DNA of 64,000 nucleotides from a virus. Of the stretch, positions 27,426 to 37,678 are shown piece after piece. The DNA is taken from the IMG/VR virus record IMGVR_UViG_3300013233_000167, positions 1 through 64,000 of that record, one strand, 5' to 3'. A program made the translations under genes and the position numbers. Numbering within the stretch: the first letter of the stretch is position 1; each line of letters opens with the position of its first letter. Below the pieces are notes generated by a model. The model was not told where the DNA came from, ran no database searches, and worked only from the letters and a program-made list of their open reading frames with translations.

Positions 27426-28933
27426 TCGAGAGTCTTGGCGCGTATCAGCACGTACGTTTTCCGTCGGTTGCGTGAGAAAATCAAGAGTGGGTGGGCATTT
27501 TCCCAGGTCTCGGCCTGCGCGACGCACTGATCCCACCACGCCCACAGCGGGTACTTCGGCTGCTCGAACATGCGCTCCATCTCGCGACAGCCCTTGTCGC
27601 CCTCGATCTTCTTGCAGTTGTGGACAACGATCCCGCCCTCGATCACGTAGGTCTCGTCCTCTTCCACACTCAGATTCCAAACCTCTCTCCTCCCTTCCGT
27701 CAGAGACCACGGACTACGCAGGCGCGTGAAAATTCGACTGCGGCGCAGATCATACACAGGCTCAGTGCGCTCGTCAGACAAACACGACGCAGCTCGATGG
27801 TCAGCGAACCCTCCGTTACCCCACACCGCTGAACGGAAGCGATCCAAACTGCTACGTGCGACCTGTACCGAATACAACGGACGCGGCCTCTTCCGCTCAC
27901 CACTCGCAATCAGCGACACACCAACCCTAGAGAATACGCCAAGCCGTAGCAACGCAAACTGTACTTCCAACGCTAAGCGACGGCTCACAGTCTCACTGCG
28001 CGCAAACCCCGGCCCACGGCAACCATTGCCCTCGAAGTATCCGCGAAGCAACGCTGCGACCAAAGACTTCGACCGCCACACATGTAGGCCCAGCCGCTTC
28101 TGTGCACTCCCCGAACCCATCCACGATTTGAAACAGTGAGCCAGCGCCGTCGAGGAGACGCTCACTGTCACTGCTTTCGTCTCCTCGTATGCGTAAACGA
28201 CCGACGCCTCTCCGAACACCTGCTCCAGCATCCTCCTAACGAACTCGATGTACTCCGTCTCCGCCTCGTGAAACGTCCACGTCACACTACCCACCTCGGC
28301 CCGGCCCTCCGCCGCATACAGACCCAACAGGCGCATGAGGTCTTCGTCAACACGAACGCGCGAAACTGCAACGGGCCGGGCCTTCGGCCCGCGACTCTTC
28401 GCAGGATACGTCGGCACACGTAGCCACTTTGCCTGACTGTCGGCTCTATTCGATAGCAAGCTCATGTGCGATAGCGAACGCGCTTCCCTCGCAGGCCGCC
28501 ACCCACCATCGAAGTCTTCCACAGGATGCGAAGCGGTGACAACGATCGGCTCCGTCATCGCCTCACACAGCAGCTCACCCGACGTAGAAGTCTTCTTGCT
28601 GAAAACATCGGTAACTTTCCTAAACCGCCCGCGATGTGTCAGAACACGATCCCCCACCGACAACGACTCGATAGGTCGGAACCCCTCACGAGTCATTACC
28701 AACGTACCGCGACCGAAACACTCGACCGCGAACGGCCAATCGCCCGAGTGGCGCGGATTCACGTCGAGGTCACCCTTCCGGTCCCACCCCTCCATCGGTG
28801 CAACGATGGTGCTCTTCGGACGCATCGGCAGCGTCGTGTAATGCGCGTCGAGCGGCGTAGCGAACCACCAATGCGAGAGCACTCGGCAGCACTCCAGCAT
28901 GAACCTCTGACCTTTGCCGCGCCCCTCAGCCAC
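27266..28933 (-). CDS. PD-(D/E)xK Holliday junction resolvase-like nuclease with intein
   Basis: KGQRF, GDL, spliced VE-CK motif, WWDQC, PLLIFSRNR. Confidence 0.85.
   Translation of the reverse strand: MAEGRGKGQRFMLECCRVLSHWWFATPLDAHYTTLPMRPKSTIVAPMEGWDRKGDLDVNPRHSGDWPFAVECFGRGTLVMTREGFRPIESLSVGDRVLTHRGRFRKVTDVFSKKTSTSGELLCEAMTEPIVVTASHPVEDFDGGWRPAREARSLSHMSLLSNRADSQAKWLRVPTYPAKSRGPKARPVAVSRVRVDEDLMRLLGLYAAEGRAEVGSVTWTFHEAETEYIEFVRRMLEQVFGEASVVYAYEETKAVTVSVSSTALAHCFKSWMGSGSAQKRLGLHVWRSKSLVAALLRGYFEGNGCRGPGFARSETVSRRLALEVQFALLRLGVFSRVGVSLIASGERKRPRPLYSVQVARSSLDRFRSAVWGNGGFADHRAASCLSDERTEPVYDLRRSRIFTRLRSPWSLTEGRREVWNLSVEEDETYVIEGGIVVHNCKKIEGDKGCREMERMFEQPKYPLWAWWDQCVAQAETWENAHPLLIFSRNRRKTYVLIRAKTLEWLQPKPQKGPILTMTRPSGEVLGMLLLDDLVQTMLRKSPRRPSRGQSRRSSD
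27617..28720 (-). mobile_element. intein (368 aa) with LAGLIDADG endonuclease in the resolvase
   Basis: VE|CFGRGTLV...TASHP...LLGLYAAEG...LLRGYFEGNG...VWNLSV...VVHN|CK. Confidence 0.95.
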
Positions 28934-29045
28934 CGGAAGCCTCCGTCTTGAGGCCCATCGGCACGATCGCGCGCGGGTCCAACGTCAGCTTGGAGAGCGC
29001 CAGCATGATCGCCTGGCGGTCGGCCGCTTCAATCTCGTGCTTCAT
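28926..29045 (-). CDS. small hypothetical protein (39 aa, not in the ORF track)
   Basis: MKHEIEAADRQAIMLALSKLTLDPRAIVPMGLKTEASGG; overlaps both neighbours, GGAGG RBS. Confidence 0.55.
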   Translation of the reverse strand: MKHEIEAADRQAIMLALSKLTLDPRAIVPMGLKTEASGG

Positions 29046-29278
29046 TCCGCCTCCGTCACTTCGAGCCAAGCCCCGTCAGGGTCGTTGTTGGACGAGATCC
29101 GAAACGAGCGACCGTCGCGGAGCGTCACAGTCAACGCCTCCGACTTGCGCCCCGACATGAACGTCGCCTTCCCAATCTCAGGCGCGACGACCAAATTCAA
29201 CGCCTGCACCAATTTCAACGCCCGTGCGCGCTGACCGTCGCTCGGGGTGTCACCTACAAACTCCACGGTCACGCTCAT
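29042..29278 (-). CDS. hypothetical protein
   Basis: GGAGG RBS; coupled ORF. Confidence 0.65.
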   Translation of the reverse strand: MSVTVEFVGDTPSDGQRARALKLVQALNLVVAPEIGKATFMSGRKSEALTVTLRDGRSFRISSNNDPDGAWLEVTEAE

Positions 29279-31197
29279 AATTCCTCCAACGTAGCGACGC
29301 CCTTCTCATGGTGCACGACTAGCAGACGATCCGTCGCTGCCTTGAGAACGTCCGAATGAGTCACGAGCGTCACAGGACAGGTAGCGGAGATCTCGTGCAG
29401 TAGCTCCACCACCGACTCCTCCCCCGCCTCGTCGAGCCCGTCAAACAGCTCGTCGGCGAAGAGCTGATCGAAGCTCTTAGCGAACCGACGGCCCACGATC
29501 TCACGGAACGCAAGCAGAATAGCGAGGTCGAGACGCTTTCGCTGACCCTTCGACGCGCCCGCATAAGTGATGGTGCATCCCGGGATTACGGCCACGACGC
29601 TCAGCTCCTCGCGCTCGCCTCCGCCCTTGAGCTGCCGAGTAGCTGACAGCCTCACCGACGCCCCCGAGCCCAAGAGCCGCTGCGCGAAGCGCGTGGCGAC
29701 CCGATTGATCTCCGGGATCTCGTTCTCGATCAGGAAGCTCCTGAGCCCACCGGGGCCGAAGCCCTCGACCCAGAACTCCAGCCAGTCAGCGGTTAGCTGC
29801 ATATCCGCGTCCTCCAGGACGCTCACCTCCAGAGCTTCCCGGAGCCCCAGGATGCGGTCCTGGACGGCCTCACGTCGCCCCTGTGCGCGTTCGTGCTCTC
29901 GCAGGGCTGCCGCGACCGCCTTGGCCCGGCCCTCCACGACGCGCAGCCACGCCCGCAGGTCGGCCTCCCACTCCCGCAGCTCTCCCTTGGCTGCCGCAAG
30001 CTCGGGCAGACTCGGCGGAGCAGGCTCGCGGAGAGCCGTCAGCGAGTCTCTCAGGGCCGCCTCCTCGCTCCTGAGCGCCTCCACGTCGTCCCGGGCAGAA
30101 TCACGCAGTACGAGAGCCGCACGCTCTGACCGCAGCTTGAGCGCCTTGGGGACCGCCTGCTCGCAGGTGGGACACTTGCCGCTGAGCTTCCCCCACCGCT
30201 TGATCGCCTCTTGAGCCGCGCTCGCGTCCGCACTACGCGCTCCCCGCTCCTCAGCCTTGGACCGGCGCTTCCCCTCCAAGCTCCGGCGCTCCATCCGGTA
30301 GGCGTCCTGCGCCTCCTGATGCGCGTCTCTCACGCCCTGCGCCGCCTCTTCCTCGGCCGCCACGCCCTCTTGAGCCACCTCGACCGAGCCCTCGATCCTC
30401 TCCTGCTGGATGGCCGACAACTGATGCAGCATCCTGGATCTCTTCCACCGGAACTCCGTGTCGTCCTCGTCCTCATCCACGAGCCCCGCCAGAGCCGTTT
30501 CCTGTTCTTCGATCCGGCTCATCAGGGTGGCGCGCTTCCGATCCCCGACCGCCAGCTCTTCCGACAGGTCCCGCAGTCGGCTACGCGCGCGCACCTGCGC
30601 AGCCGCGTACATCTCCATCCCGAGCAGCTTGTCCAAGATGGCCTTGCGCTCCGTGTCGGTCGCGGAGAAGAAACTCTTCACGTCCTCGCGCGCCCCAAAC
30701 GCGATCGACGAGATGAACGCTCGGTAGTCCATGCCGAGGATGTCCTTGATCGCGGCGTTCGTCATAGAGTCCCGCCCGCGCGTCACGTCCTCGCCGTCCA
30801 CAATGAGCCGCGCCTTGTTGCCCTCGATCGGGTGGCCCCGATACCGCTCGATCCGCACCGGCACCGTGCCGCCCACGATGTTGACAACGCCGTAGCTTCC
30901 GTCCGTAGGTCTGGCGGGCCTTCCCTTCGTGTCGGTAATCAACTCGACCTCGCCGCTGCCCTTGGGTCGAAACAGCAGCCGGATCAGATCGTCCTTGCCG
31001 TAGCGGTCGCGCAACGGTCGATCGAAACACACCCACGACAGGCCGTCCAAGATGTACGACTTGCCCGCGCCGTTTGACGCGCAGCCCGGGTGGTCGTGCA
31101 TCACACCTTCGATGCCCGTAAGTCCAGGCTTCGATAAGTCGAACTCGACGTGCTCGAACGGGCCGAGATTGTGAAGGATCGTGGGGCCGAACTTCAT
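29275..31197 (-). CDS. SbcC/Rad50/gp46-like recombination ATPase
   Basis: NGAGKS, coiled-coil with CPTC zinc hook, SKGQ signature, LFADELFDGLD, VTH. Confidence 0.92.
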   Translation of the reverse strand: MKFGPTILHNLGPFEHVEFDLSKPGLTGIEGVMHDHPGCASNGAGKSYILDGLSWVCFDRPLRDRYGKDDLIRLLFRPKGSGEVELITDTKGRPARPTDGSYGVVNIVGGTVPVRIERYRGHPIEGNKARLIVDGEDVTRGRDSMTNAAIKDILGMDYRAFISSIAFGAREDVKSFFSATDTERKAILDKLLGMEMYAAAQVRARSRLRDLSEELAVGDRKRATLMSRIEEQETALAGLVDEDEDDTEFRWKRSRMLHQLSAIQQERIEGSVEVAQEGVAAEEEAAQGVRDAHQEAQDAYRMERRSLEGKRRSKAEERGARSADASAAQEAIKRWGKLSGKCPTCEQAVPKALKLRSERAALVLRDSARDDVEALRSEEAALRDSLTALREPAPPSLPELAAAKGELREWEADLRAWLRVVEGRAKAVAAALREHERAQGRREAVQDRILGLREALEVSVLEDADMQLTADWLEFWVEGFGPGGLRSFLIENEIPEINRVATRFAQRLLGSGASVRLSATRQLKGGGEREELSVVAVIPGCTITYAGASKGQRKRLDLAILLAFREIVGRRFAKSFDQLFADELFDGLDEAGEESVVELLHEISATCPVTLVTHSDVLKAATDRLLVVHHEKGVATLEEL

Positions 31198-31874
31198 GGC
31201 GTCCAGAGAACTTCCGTCGTTTTCCTATGCGTCGCGCCCACTACCGTCGTCACCGGCTGGAACGGCAGCCAAGAAGCTCCGGCGCTCTCACATACCATCA
31301 CTTGACCCTCACGAGCGCGGCACCAACACGCCAATCGTCGGTAGTCTGCTATTCGATGTGGATACTGCTTTCCTTGATCGACATACGGAGGGTCGATAAA
31401 CCATGTTGCCGTCACGTTCGGTGCCTGCGCGTAGTCTCCGTGAATCACCTTCCAGTGTCGGATGTACTCCACCTGCTGCGCCAAGCGATCACGAGCGGGC
31501 TCTCCCCATGTTCCGAACCTTCGATTGGACGCGCGACCCCCCATCGTGCGCTTCGGCACCGAACTGCCTTGATTGATCCAGAACCCAATCAACCACTTGG
31601 CCTCGTCGCACACGTTCAGATCATGCACGTCGTCGCCGATTTCCAACAAGGGCAGTGCCGCGATCTCGTCCGCAGGCGTCCGAATGAGATATGACCAGAT
31701 TCCCGCCACGTATGGGCTCGAATCTACCAAGACCACCTTCCGCTCAAAGTGACGGATTGCGTACCCGGCGGCCCCTGCAAAGGGCTCGACGATCATGTCA
31801 TACTCCGGATTTGGGTAATGCGTCGCGCGCATGAACTTTGCACCGAAGTATAGAATGAACACGCGCAGTTTCAC
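31194..31874 (-). CDS. DNA adenine methyltransferase (Dam-like)
   Basis: YFGAK, EPFAGAAGY, IDPPY. Confidence 0.88.
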   Translation of the reverse strand: MKLRVFILYFGAKFMRATHYPNPEYDMIVEPFAGAAGYAIRHFERKVVLVDSSPYVAGIWSYLIRTPADEIAALPLLEIGDDVHDLNVCDEAKWLIGFWINQGSSVPKRTMGGRASNRRFGTWGEPARDRLAQQVEYIRHWKVIHGDYAQAPNVTATWFIDPPYVDQGKQYPHRIADYRRLACWCRAREGQVMVCESAGASWLPFQPVTTVVGATHRKTTEVLWTP

Positions 31875-32146
31875 CACGAGTGACCCTCCAGCTCGGCGCG
31901 TTCGAGACCAAGCTCCCCGGAGTCGGTGAGGCACGCCTTGTGGTACGTGACGCCCTTCTGACCGATAAGCTCCGAGAAGACCGACCCCTGCTCGCTGTCG
32001 AACGGATAACACAGCTTCAACGCACCCTCTTCGTCCTCGATCCAAAACGCAGGTGGATATCCTTTAGGGCGCGTGACTTTGACGACGAACTCTTCCCTCG
32101 TGTAGACCTCATCAACCAATCTCGCCTTCGGCACCTTCACCATCAC
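31871..32146 (-). CDS. hypothetical protein
   Basis: Coupled ORF. Confidence 0.65.
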   Translation of the reverse strand: MMVKVPKARLVDEVYTREEFVVKVTRPKGYPPAFWIEDEEGALKLCYPFDSEQGSVFSELIGQKGVTYHKACLTDSGELGLERAELEGHSW

Positions 32147-32385
32147 GAAACCTCCCCAACAAGAGCGTTCGTATAACCTACTGCGTCACCATTGATACAA
32201 ACGATATACGTATTCCAACCGATCCTCCAATCGAACTTGTACGGCTTGACCTCCACAGTTGCATGCGCAGCCTCCGGCCAACTCTCCACGAGATGCGCGC
32301 GCAACGCCTCGAAGTCGGACAACTCAACGACCTCCTTCATCGACGCTACTAAACCACCCCGATGCGGCCGATATTTGAACATCAC
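32143..32385 (-). CDS. hypothetical protein
   Basis: Coupled ORF (YRPHRGGL..SM.E). Confidence 0.65.
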   Translation of the reverse strand: MMFKYRPHRGGLVASMKEVVELSDFEALRAHLVESWPEAAHATVEVKPYKFDWRIGWNTYIVCINGDAVGYTNALVGEVS

Positions 32386-33380
32386 AAAACCTCCTGTAGC
32401 AGTTCGAGCCCGAGCGTCACCAGCTCTTCCGACCCCTCGGCCTCCGTGTGCGCAACATAGCGACGCAGCAACTCCTCACTCGTCTCCGCCGTCGAGACCT
32501 CCAGACGCGGCGGTTCCTCATCGTCGAACGTGATGGCCTCGCACTCCACCCACGCGGTCTTCTGCTTCGCATGAGCGGTGAGCGTCTCTGCGAGTCCCGG
32601 ATCGCTGCACACGCGCACGAAGTCGCCCGCTTGAATGGCCTCGATGTCGGACATGTCCTCGACCTTGTGGAATCGCGGCGACATCTCGTTCTCGATGAAC
32701 TCGATCTCGTTCGTCTCCGTGTCGAGAATCCAAAATCCGCGCACACCATCGGCGTCGCCGAAGTGATGCTGCATCGGCGCACCCGCGTACTGAATATTAG
32801 GGCTGAACTCCATCTGCTCGTGAATGTCGCCGAGGAAGATCCGGTCCCACCGCTGCGGTCGTAGATCCTTCTTCGCTTTGCCCACATCGGCCGGTACTGC
32901 GCCCTCGATCATCGTGTGGCTGAACAGATAACGCGCCTCCTTGGTACGTGATACCTCACCGATCGCCTTCCGGTAGGCGTCCGGGTCGTCGATCCACGGC
33001 ACGTACGCGAACGGTCCATCGGTGCCGGGCTCGTCCCACACCTGCACGTTGCCAAGGAGCGCCTGGAGGGAATTGATCGACGCCTCGCGTCCGTAGATGT
33101 CGTGGTTGCCCGCGAGCGCCGCCACCCAATTTAGCTGTTCGGCCGCGTACGCGAACGCGCGGCACGTCCGGTCGAGTACCGGAACCGGGATGGACCGGCG
33201 CGGGTCGAAGATGTCGCCGAGCGCCAACAGCCCTTCGCACTCCCGCTCTACAGCGGTGTCGATGATCCACAGGAAACACCGCACCTGATCAGAGAGCCTG
33301 GACGTGATGCCCTCTTCGGTCATGTGCGAGAGCTTCGACTGCTCGGCGAACTGCTGGTCGCCCGTGATCGCTACCTTCAT
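32382..33380 (-). CDS. SbcD/Mre11/gp47-like nuclease
   Basis: GDQQ, GDIFD, GNHD, SH, GDIH, YAGAP; close to the SbcC-like gene. Confidence 0.9.
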   Translation of the reverse strand: MKVAITGDQQFAEQSKLSHMTEEGITSRLSDQVRCFLWIIDTAVERECEGLLALGDIFDPRRSIPVPVLDRTCRAFAYAAEQLNWVAALAGNHDIYGREASINSLQALLGNVQVWDEPGTDGPFAYVPWIDDPDAYRKAIGEVSRTKEARYLFSHTMIEGAVPADVGKAKKDLRPQRWDRIFLGDIHEQMEFSPNIQYAGAPMQHHFGDADGVRGFWILDTETNEIEFIENEMSPRFHKVEDMSDIEAIQAGDFVRVCSDPGLAETLTAHAKQKTAWVECEAITFDDEEPPRLEVSTAETSEELLRRYVAHTEAEGSEELVTLGLELLQEVL

Positions 33381-33808
33381 GCTTCTTCGTTTACGGTTCC
33401 CACGACCGGCAGCTTGCTCAGTCGATCGAAGTCCTTGTCTTCGCGTCGTACCCACTTGCCCGTGATCGGCTGGGCAGCCTTCATGCCGGACGCTGAGATC
33501 AGCACCCACTCGGGCGTGTGGACAATCCGCTTCATCGCCTTGTGGTCGTTCGCCGACATCGTGGGCCAATCCGAGAAGTCGAACTGCTTGACCTCCTGGT
33601 ACGCGACGCTCGTGTCCCAGCCGCGAATCACACCGGGGCGTCCGTACTTGAAGATCAGCTTCTTGAACTCTTCACCGAGTTCCACGCGTGCACCCGCGAG
33701 CGATGTGAGGTCCATCGTGCAGACGTTGCCGTCGATGCGCGTGTGGTTGTGATGCCGAACGGTCTGCCACCCGGAGAAGATGTCTGCGTCACTTAGAGAT
33801 CCAAGCAT
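33377..33808 (-). CDS. hypothetical protein
   Basis: Coupled ORF. Confidence 0.6.
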   Translation of the reverse strand: MLGSLSDADIFSGWQTVRHHNHTRIDGNVCTMDLTSLAGARVELGEEFKKLIFKYGRPGVIRGWDTSVAYQEVKQFDFSDWPTMSANDHKAMKRIVHTPEWVLISASGMKAAQPITGKWVRREDKDFDRLSKLPVVGTVNEEA

Positions 33809-34776
33809 ACCTCGTACCTCCTTCCGTCGCATTCGCCTTCCGTGGGTCCAACCCACGTCGCGGGCACGATGACGCGCTTTCCATCCGGGTACTTCTCGCG
33901 GTCGAACTTGTACTTCTCCGATCGCAGAATACGAAAATGACGGCGGCGCGAATGCGGCACAGGCGACTTGTGGCTCGACTCCGGCATCCCGAGCTTCTCA
34001 CGTATCTCGTGCGGCTGTAACAGCACGTACTGGTCGCGCTCGTGGCTGCGCAGGAACTCCGGCCCCTTGGCCTTCTTCTTCCTCGGACGCTCGGCGCTAC
34101 GCTTCACGACGAATCTATTCGGCGTGTTGAAATACGCGACCTCTTCGAGCGCGGTCTTCGCATTGATGGCGGCGCTGTGCGACATGCGCGGCCAATCACC
34201 CGACTTGACGCATAGCTGTCTCCACTGCGACGGCGACAAGTACATCTGCTTCTTGTCCGCAACGAACGCGAGCCCGAGTTCGGACTCGTAGCAGATTGAC
34301 GGAGCGCCCGTCTCTTCATTCGTGCCCATCCACGCCCGCTTGATGCGCGACACCGTGACCATGCTCGCCGTCCGAGGGAGACTGTCCGCGTTCTTCTTCG
34401 CCAGCTCCGCAACCTCCGCCCCGTCGTATCCATACTCCTCGGACGACGTGCCCATGAGGAAGCTCTCGATGAAGACGCGCTCGCAGTTGAGCCCTGTCTG
34501 TCCCGGCTCCGCGTCGATGATAAGCAAGACAGATGCGGTGTCCTCCACGGCCACTATGGGGAACGGCAAGAAGAAGTTGTTCATCACGAACTCCACGCCG
34601 CCCACCATCCCGTAGTCATCCATGCCGCCCTTCGCCTTCGCGTCCTCGGCCGCCGTGGTCTCATGCCACCGCTGCGGGAAGTCGAAGAGCGCCGCTTTCT
34701 TGAGGTAGCCGCGCAGTTCCGCGCTCGGGAACTGACGCTCCACCACGGAGCACAGACGATCGAAAAACCTACCCAC
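33793..34776 (-). CDS. phage hypothetical protein
   Basis: C-terminal SPVPHSRRRHFR...WVG motif. Confidence 0.7.
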   Translation of the reverse strand: MGRFFDRLCSVVERQFPSAELRGYLKKAALFDFPQRWHETTAAEDAKAKGGMDDYGMVGGVEFVMNNFFLPFPIVAVEDTASVLLIIDAEPGQTGLNCERVFIESFLMGTSSEEYGYDGAEVAELAKKNADSLPRTASMVTVSRIKRAWMGTNEETGAPSICYESELGLAFVADKKQMYLSPSQWRQLCVKSGDWPRMSHSAAINAKTALEEVAYFNTPNRFVVKRSAERPRKKKAKGPEFLRSHERDQYVLLQPHEIREKLGMPESSHKSPVPHSRRRHFRILRSEKYKFDREKYPDGKRVIVPATWVGPTEGECDGRRYEVCLDL

Positions 34777-35245
34777 GGGTCGTCTCCGGGAGCAGGAGTC
34801 TCGGCGTCTTGTTGCCCTCGATCGCTTGGACGATCTTCGGGATGAGATTCTCGGCGACGGTCGATCCGTCCGGCAGAACGAGGTGCGCAAGGAATGCTTC
34901 CTCGAACGTCTCGATCTCACACTCGATCGCTTCCATCTTCGCCTTGACGACGAGGTTGAGCGCGCGCCACCGCTGACGCTGTTCTTGCTCCCACGCCTTG
35001 AGTGACTGCGCGGTAGAGCGCATACGGCCGGTCTCCGTCAGCATGAACTTGTCGTCCGACTGATCCGGGACATCGACGAAGAAGCGAACGTGGCGACCAT
35101 CGAACTCGAACGCGACCATCGCCTTGCCCTGGCCCTTGTGCCATCCAGTCTGGAAGCCGTCCGCTCCGTAGCGCGTCAGCGTCCGTTCGATCTCCGCCTT
35201 CGACCTCTCGACGGAGACGCTGGTATCCTGTGCGTAGCGACCCAT
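34769..35245 (-). CDS. conserved phage hypothetical protein
   Basis: YAQDTSVSVERSKAEIE...RWRAL.LVVKAK.E...FEEAFL.H.VLPDG.TV. Confidence 0.8.
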   Translation of the reverse strand: MGRYAQDTSVSVERSKAEIERTLTRYGADGFQTGWHKGQGKAMVAFEFDGRHVRFFVDVPDQSDDKFMLTETGRMRSTAQSLKAWEQEQRQRWRALNLVVKAKMEAIECEIETFEEAFLAHLVLPDGSTVAENLIPKIVQAIEGNKTPRLLLPETTRG

Positions 35246-35255
35246 AAGCGAAATA

Positions 35256-36260
35256 CTACCGTGACGCCGGGACTTTTCCCCTCTTCGGACGGGCATTTTT
35301 TGACGCACGAGAGAACGGGCGTGTGTACTTCGTGTGCGATCCGATTTGCAAACCAAGCCCTGCGGCCTTTAGAACGCGGCAAAACGCCTTCCAATCGACC
35401 GCCGGGGGCTCCTCGTCCACCCGGGAAATCAAGGAGTCGGTGGGGCCGAACGAAGTCCGCAGGTCTATCCCCTGGATGACGCGCTCGATGCGTTTCCGGT
35501 CTCGAATCAGATGCGCCTCAGCCTTCGACCGACGGGTCCGCGTCCCCAGGAACGCACACAGAGACGCGAGCTGATCGTGAGGCTCGCGGCAGATACGGAT
35601 GTCCCAATGAACGCGCTCGAACAGCTTGGGAAGCGTCTTCTTCCCCATGCCGTGCACGCCCTTGATCTTGTCGGACGGGTCGCCGAGCAACGCCTTGTAC
35701 AGCAGGAACGTGTCGGTCGAGACGCCCGTGCGCGCATAGAAATTGCCCGCGTCGATCATCTCCTTATTCGTAAGATCCCAGACACGAGCGCCCCATCCAA
35801 TCGTCTGCCACATGTCCTTATCGGACGTGACGATGATCGGGCGCTCGCCTCGGTCGATGTAGATGCGCGCCAACGCACCCAGCACGTCGTCAGCCTCTCG
35901 CTGTCTATAGCATAGGCACATCACGCCGAGCGTCTGGAGGGCTGCCTTGACTGTGCGAATCTGCTCGAACGCCTCGATCTTCTGATCTTCCGTCTCGAAC
36001 GGGTACGCCACCTCGTCCGTCTCCGGCTTCTCTTTGTAGCCGGGGATCAGTCGGTAGCGTCGCGGCGGCGGCGAGTGGTCAAAACACGCGACGATCCGTC
36101 CGGCCTGCACGGCACGCTCGCCCAACAGACTGCTCAGCAGATTGAGCGATCCGTGAACACCTCCCGTGAAGGGCAGGTCGTTCGCAACCTCATCAACTGC
36201 CGCCGCCATGATGCAGCGCACGATGATCGAGTTGCTGTCCAAAAGAAGAGGGTCCGACAT
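35256..36260 (-). CDS. 5'-3' exonuclease / flap endonuclease (T4 RNase H-like)
   Basis: LLDSN, EADDV, SDKDMWQ, GDPSDKIKGVHGMGKKT. Confidence 0.92.
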   Translation of the reverse strand: MSDPLLLDSNSIIVRCIMAAAVDEVANDLPFTGGVHGSLNLLSSLLGERAVQAGRIVACFDHSPPPRRYRLIPGYKEKPETDEVAYPFETEDQKIEAFEQIRTVKAALQTLGVMCLCYRQREADDVLGALARIYIDRGERPIIVTSDKDMWQTIGWGARVWDLTNKEMIDAGNFYARTGVSTDTFLLYKALLGDPSDKIKGVHGMGKKTLPKLFERVHWDIRICREPHDQLASLCAFLGTRTRRSKAEAHLIRDRKRIERVIQGIDLRTSFGPTDSLISRVDEEPPAVDWKAFCRVLKAAGLGLQIGSHTKYTRPFSRASKNARPKRGKVPASR

Positions 36261-36348
36261 AACAAGCCTCGATCTCTGGACCCAGCGTCCAGGCGTAGAT
36301 GCCGGGGGGCCGAAACCCCCCAACTCACGCTACGACCGAGAGGCGTCC

Positions 36349-37593
36349 CTACTCTTCGGTGCTGCGTGCTTCGTGGCGCGCAGCTTCGTTGGCGACGATA
36401 GTGTTGAAGATCTCGTTGATCTTCTTGTCACGTACCGGATCCTCCATCTCCTCCTCGTGGATCGAGGGGAGCAGCAGCTCCTCAAGGTCTCCACGGCACC
36501 ACAGTAGAGCGCCAAGCGCACCACGAACTTCATGGTAGTCGATGCTTCCGATCTCGTCACCCTCGGCACTATTGAGCGAATAAGCGAGCGATCCGATCTG
36601 GAGCTTCTTCTCTGTCGGAGGACGCCACGCAACCGCAGCGCGCTCCGCAGGCTTGCCGCCCTTCGTCTTGGTCGCGTCCTTGCCGGTCGTATCCTTCGTG
36701 ACCGCTTCACGCTCCAAACGCTTACGCTCGCGGCGGATATCAGCGGCCGACGTGTGCGGACCGACCTCGTTCTCCATCGCCTTCTGGATCTTCGGCGGGA
36801 GGCGATGCAACTCCAACGCGGCCTTAGCGGAGAACTCGCCCGTAGCGACCTTCTCCTGAATCGTCGTGCTCGTGTCCTGGAGGTCGATCGAGCGCTGCAC
36901 CTTCTTCGGGTGCAGACCCATCTCCTTCGCCACGCGCTCCGGCGTCCAGCCCTTCTTCTGGAGACGCACCACCTGACGCCCGATGTCGATGATGTTTAGG
37001 TTCGAGCGTCCGTCCGGCGAATTCTCCGCGACCGCAACCGCGATCGCCTTGTCGTCGTCACCTTCGAGGTCTGAACGGATGATGATCGGGACATGAGCCC
37101 ACGCGCGCGTGCCCACCGCCTTCGCGGCCTTGAGACGACGCTCACCAGCGACCAGCTCGAAGTTCTTACCGTCACCAGCGGGGCGCACAACCAGCGGCTC
37201 GATGATGCCGTCGGAACGGATGCTGCGCGTCAGCTCCGTAACGTCACCGACGCCCGCACTCCTCACGTTCTGTAAGAGCTTCACCAGCTTGATGCGCGAG
37301 CCCTCGACGAACCCAGATGCAGCGCGCTTGCTCGGCTTGCGTCCGTCGGCGGTGATGACGTTGACGCCGTTGATCTGATAGCCGTCGGTCGGCATCCCCT
37401 TCGGCATAGACGCGGGCGCTGCCTTGCGCGCCGTCTTCTTCTTGGCGACCTTCTTGCGCGCAGTCTTCTTCTTGGCGACCTTCTTGCGCGCAGTCTTCTT
37501 CTTGGCGACCTTCTTGCGCGCAGTCTTCTTCTTGGTGGCGGCTTTGCGGACGGACGCCTTCTTGGCGACCTTCTTCTTCGCAGTCGTAGTCAT
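36349..37593 (-). CDS. ParB-like protein with histone-H1-like N-terminal tail
   Basis: LTRSIRSDGIIEPLVVR, VAGERRLKA, AENS, HTH; N-terminal (KKKTARKKVA)n. Confidence 0.9.
   Translation of the reverse strand: MTTTAKKKVAKKASVRKAATKKKTARKKVAKKKTARKKVAKKKTARKKVAKKKTARKAAPASMPKGMPTDGYQINGVNVITADGRKPSKRAASGFVEGSRIKLVKLLQNVRSAGVGDVTELTRSIRSDGIIEPLVVRPAGDGKNFELVAGERRLKAAKAVGTRAWAHVPIIIRSDLEGDDDKAIAVAVAENSPDGRSNLNIIDIGRQVVRLQKKGWTPERVAKEMGLHPKKVQRSIDLQDTSTTIQEKVATGEFSAKAALELHRLPPKIQKAMENEVGPHTSAADIRRERKRLEREAVTKDTTGKDATKTKGGKPAERAAVAWRPPTEKKLQIGSLAYSLNSAEGDEIGSIDYHEVRGALGALLWCRGDLEELLLPSIHEEEMEDPVRDKKINEIFNTIVANEAARHEARSTEE
37423..37533. repeat. 30-bp tandem repeat, about 3.5 copies (KKKTARKKVA)
   Basis: Read directly in the DNA. 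Confidence 0.85.
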
Positions 37594-37678
37594 AGTTGGT
37601 TCTCCTCAGCGTTGTCCGAGGGCAGAGTTAGGAATTCGGTCTTAGCGGTAGGTAGGATCGGGCGAAGGGCCTCGGGTG

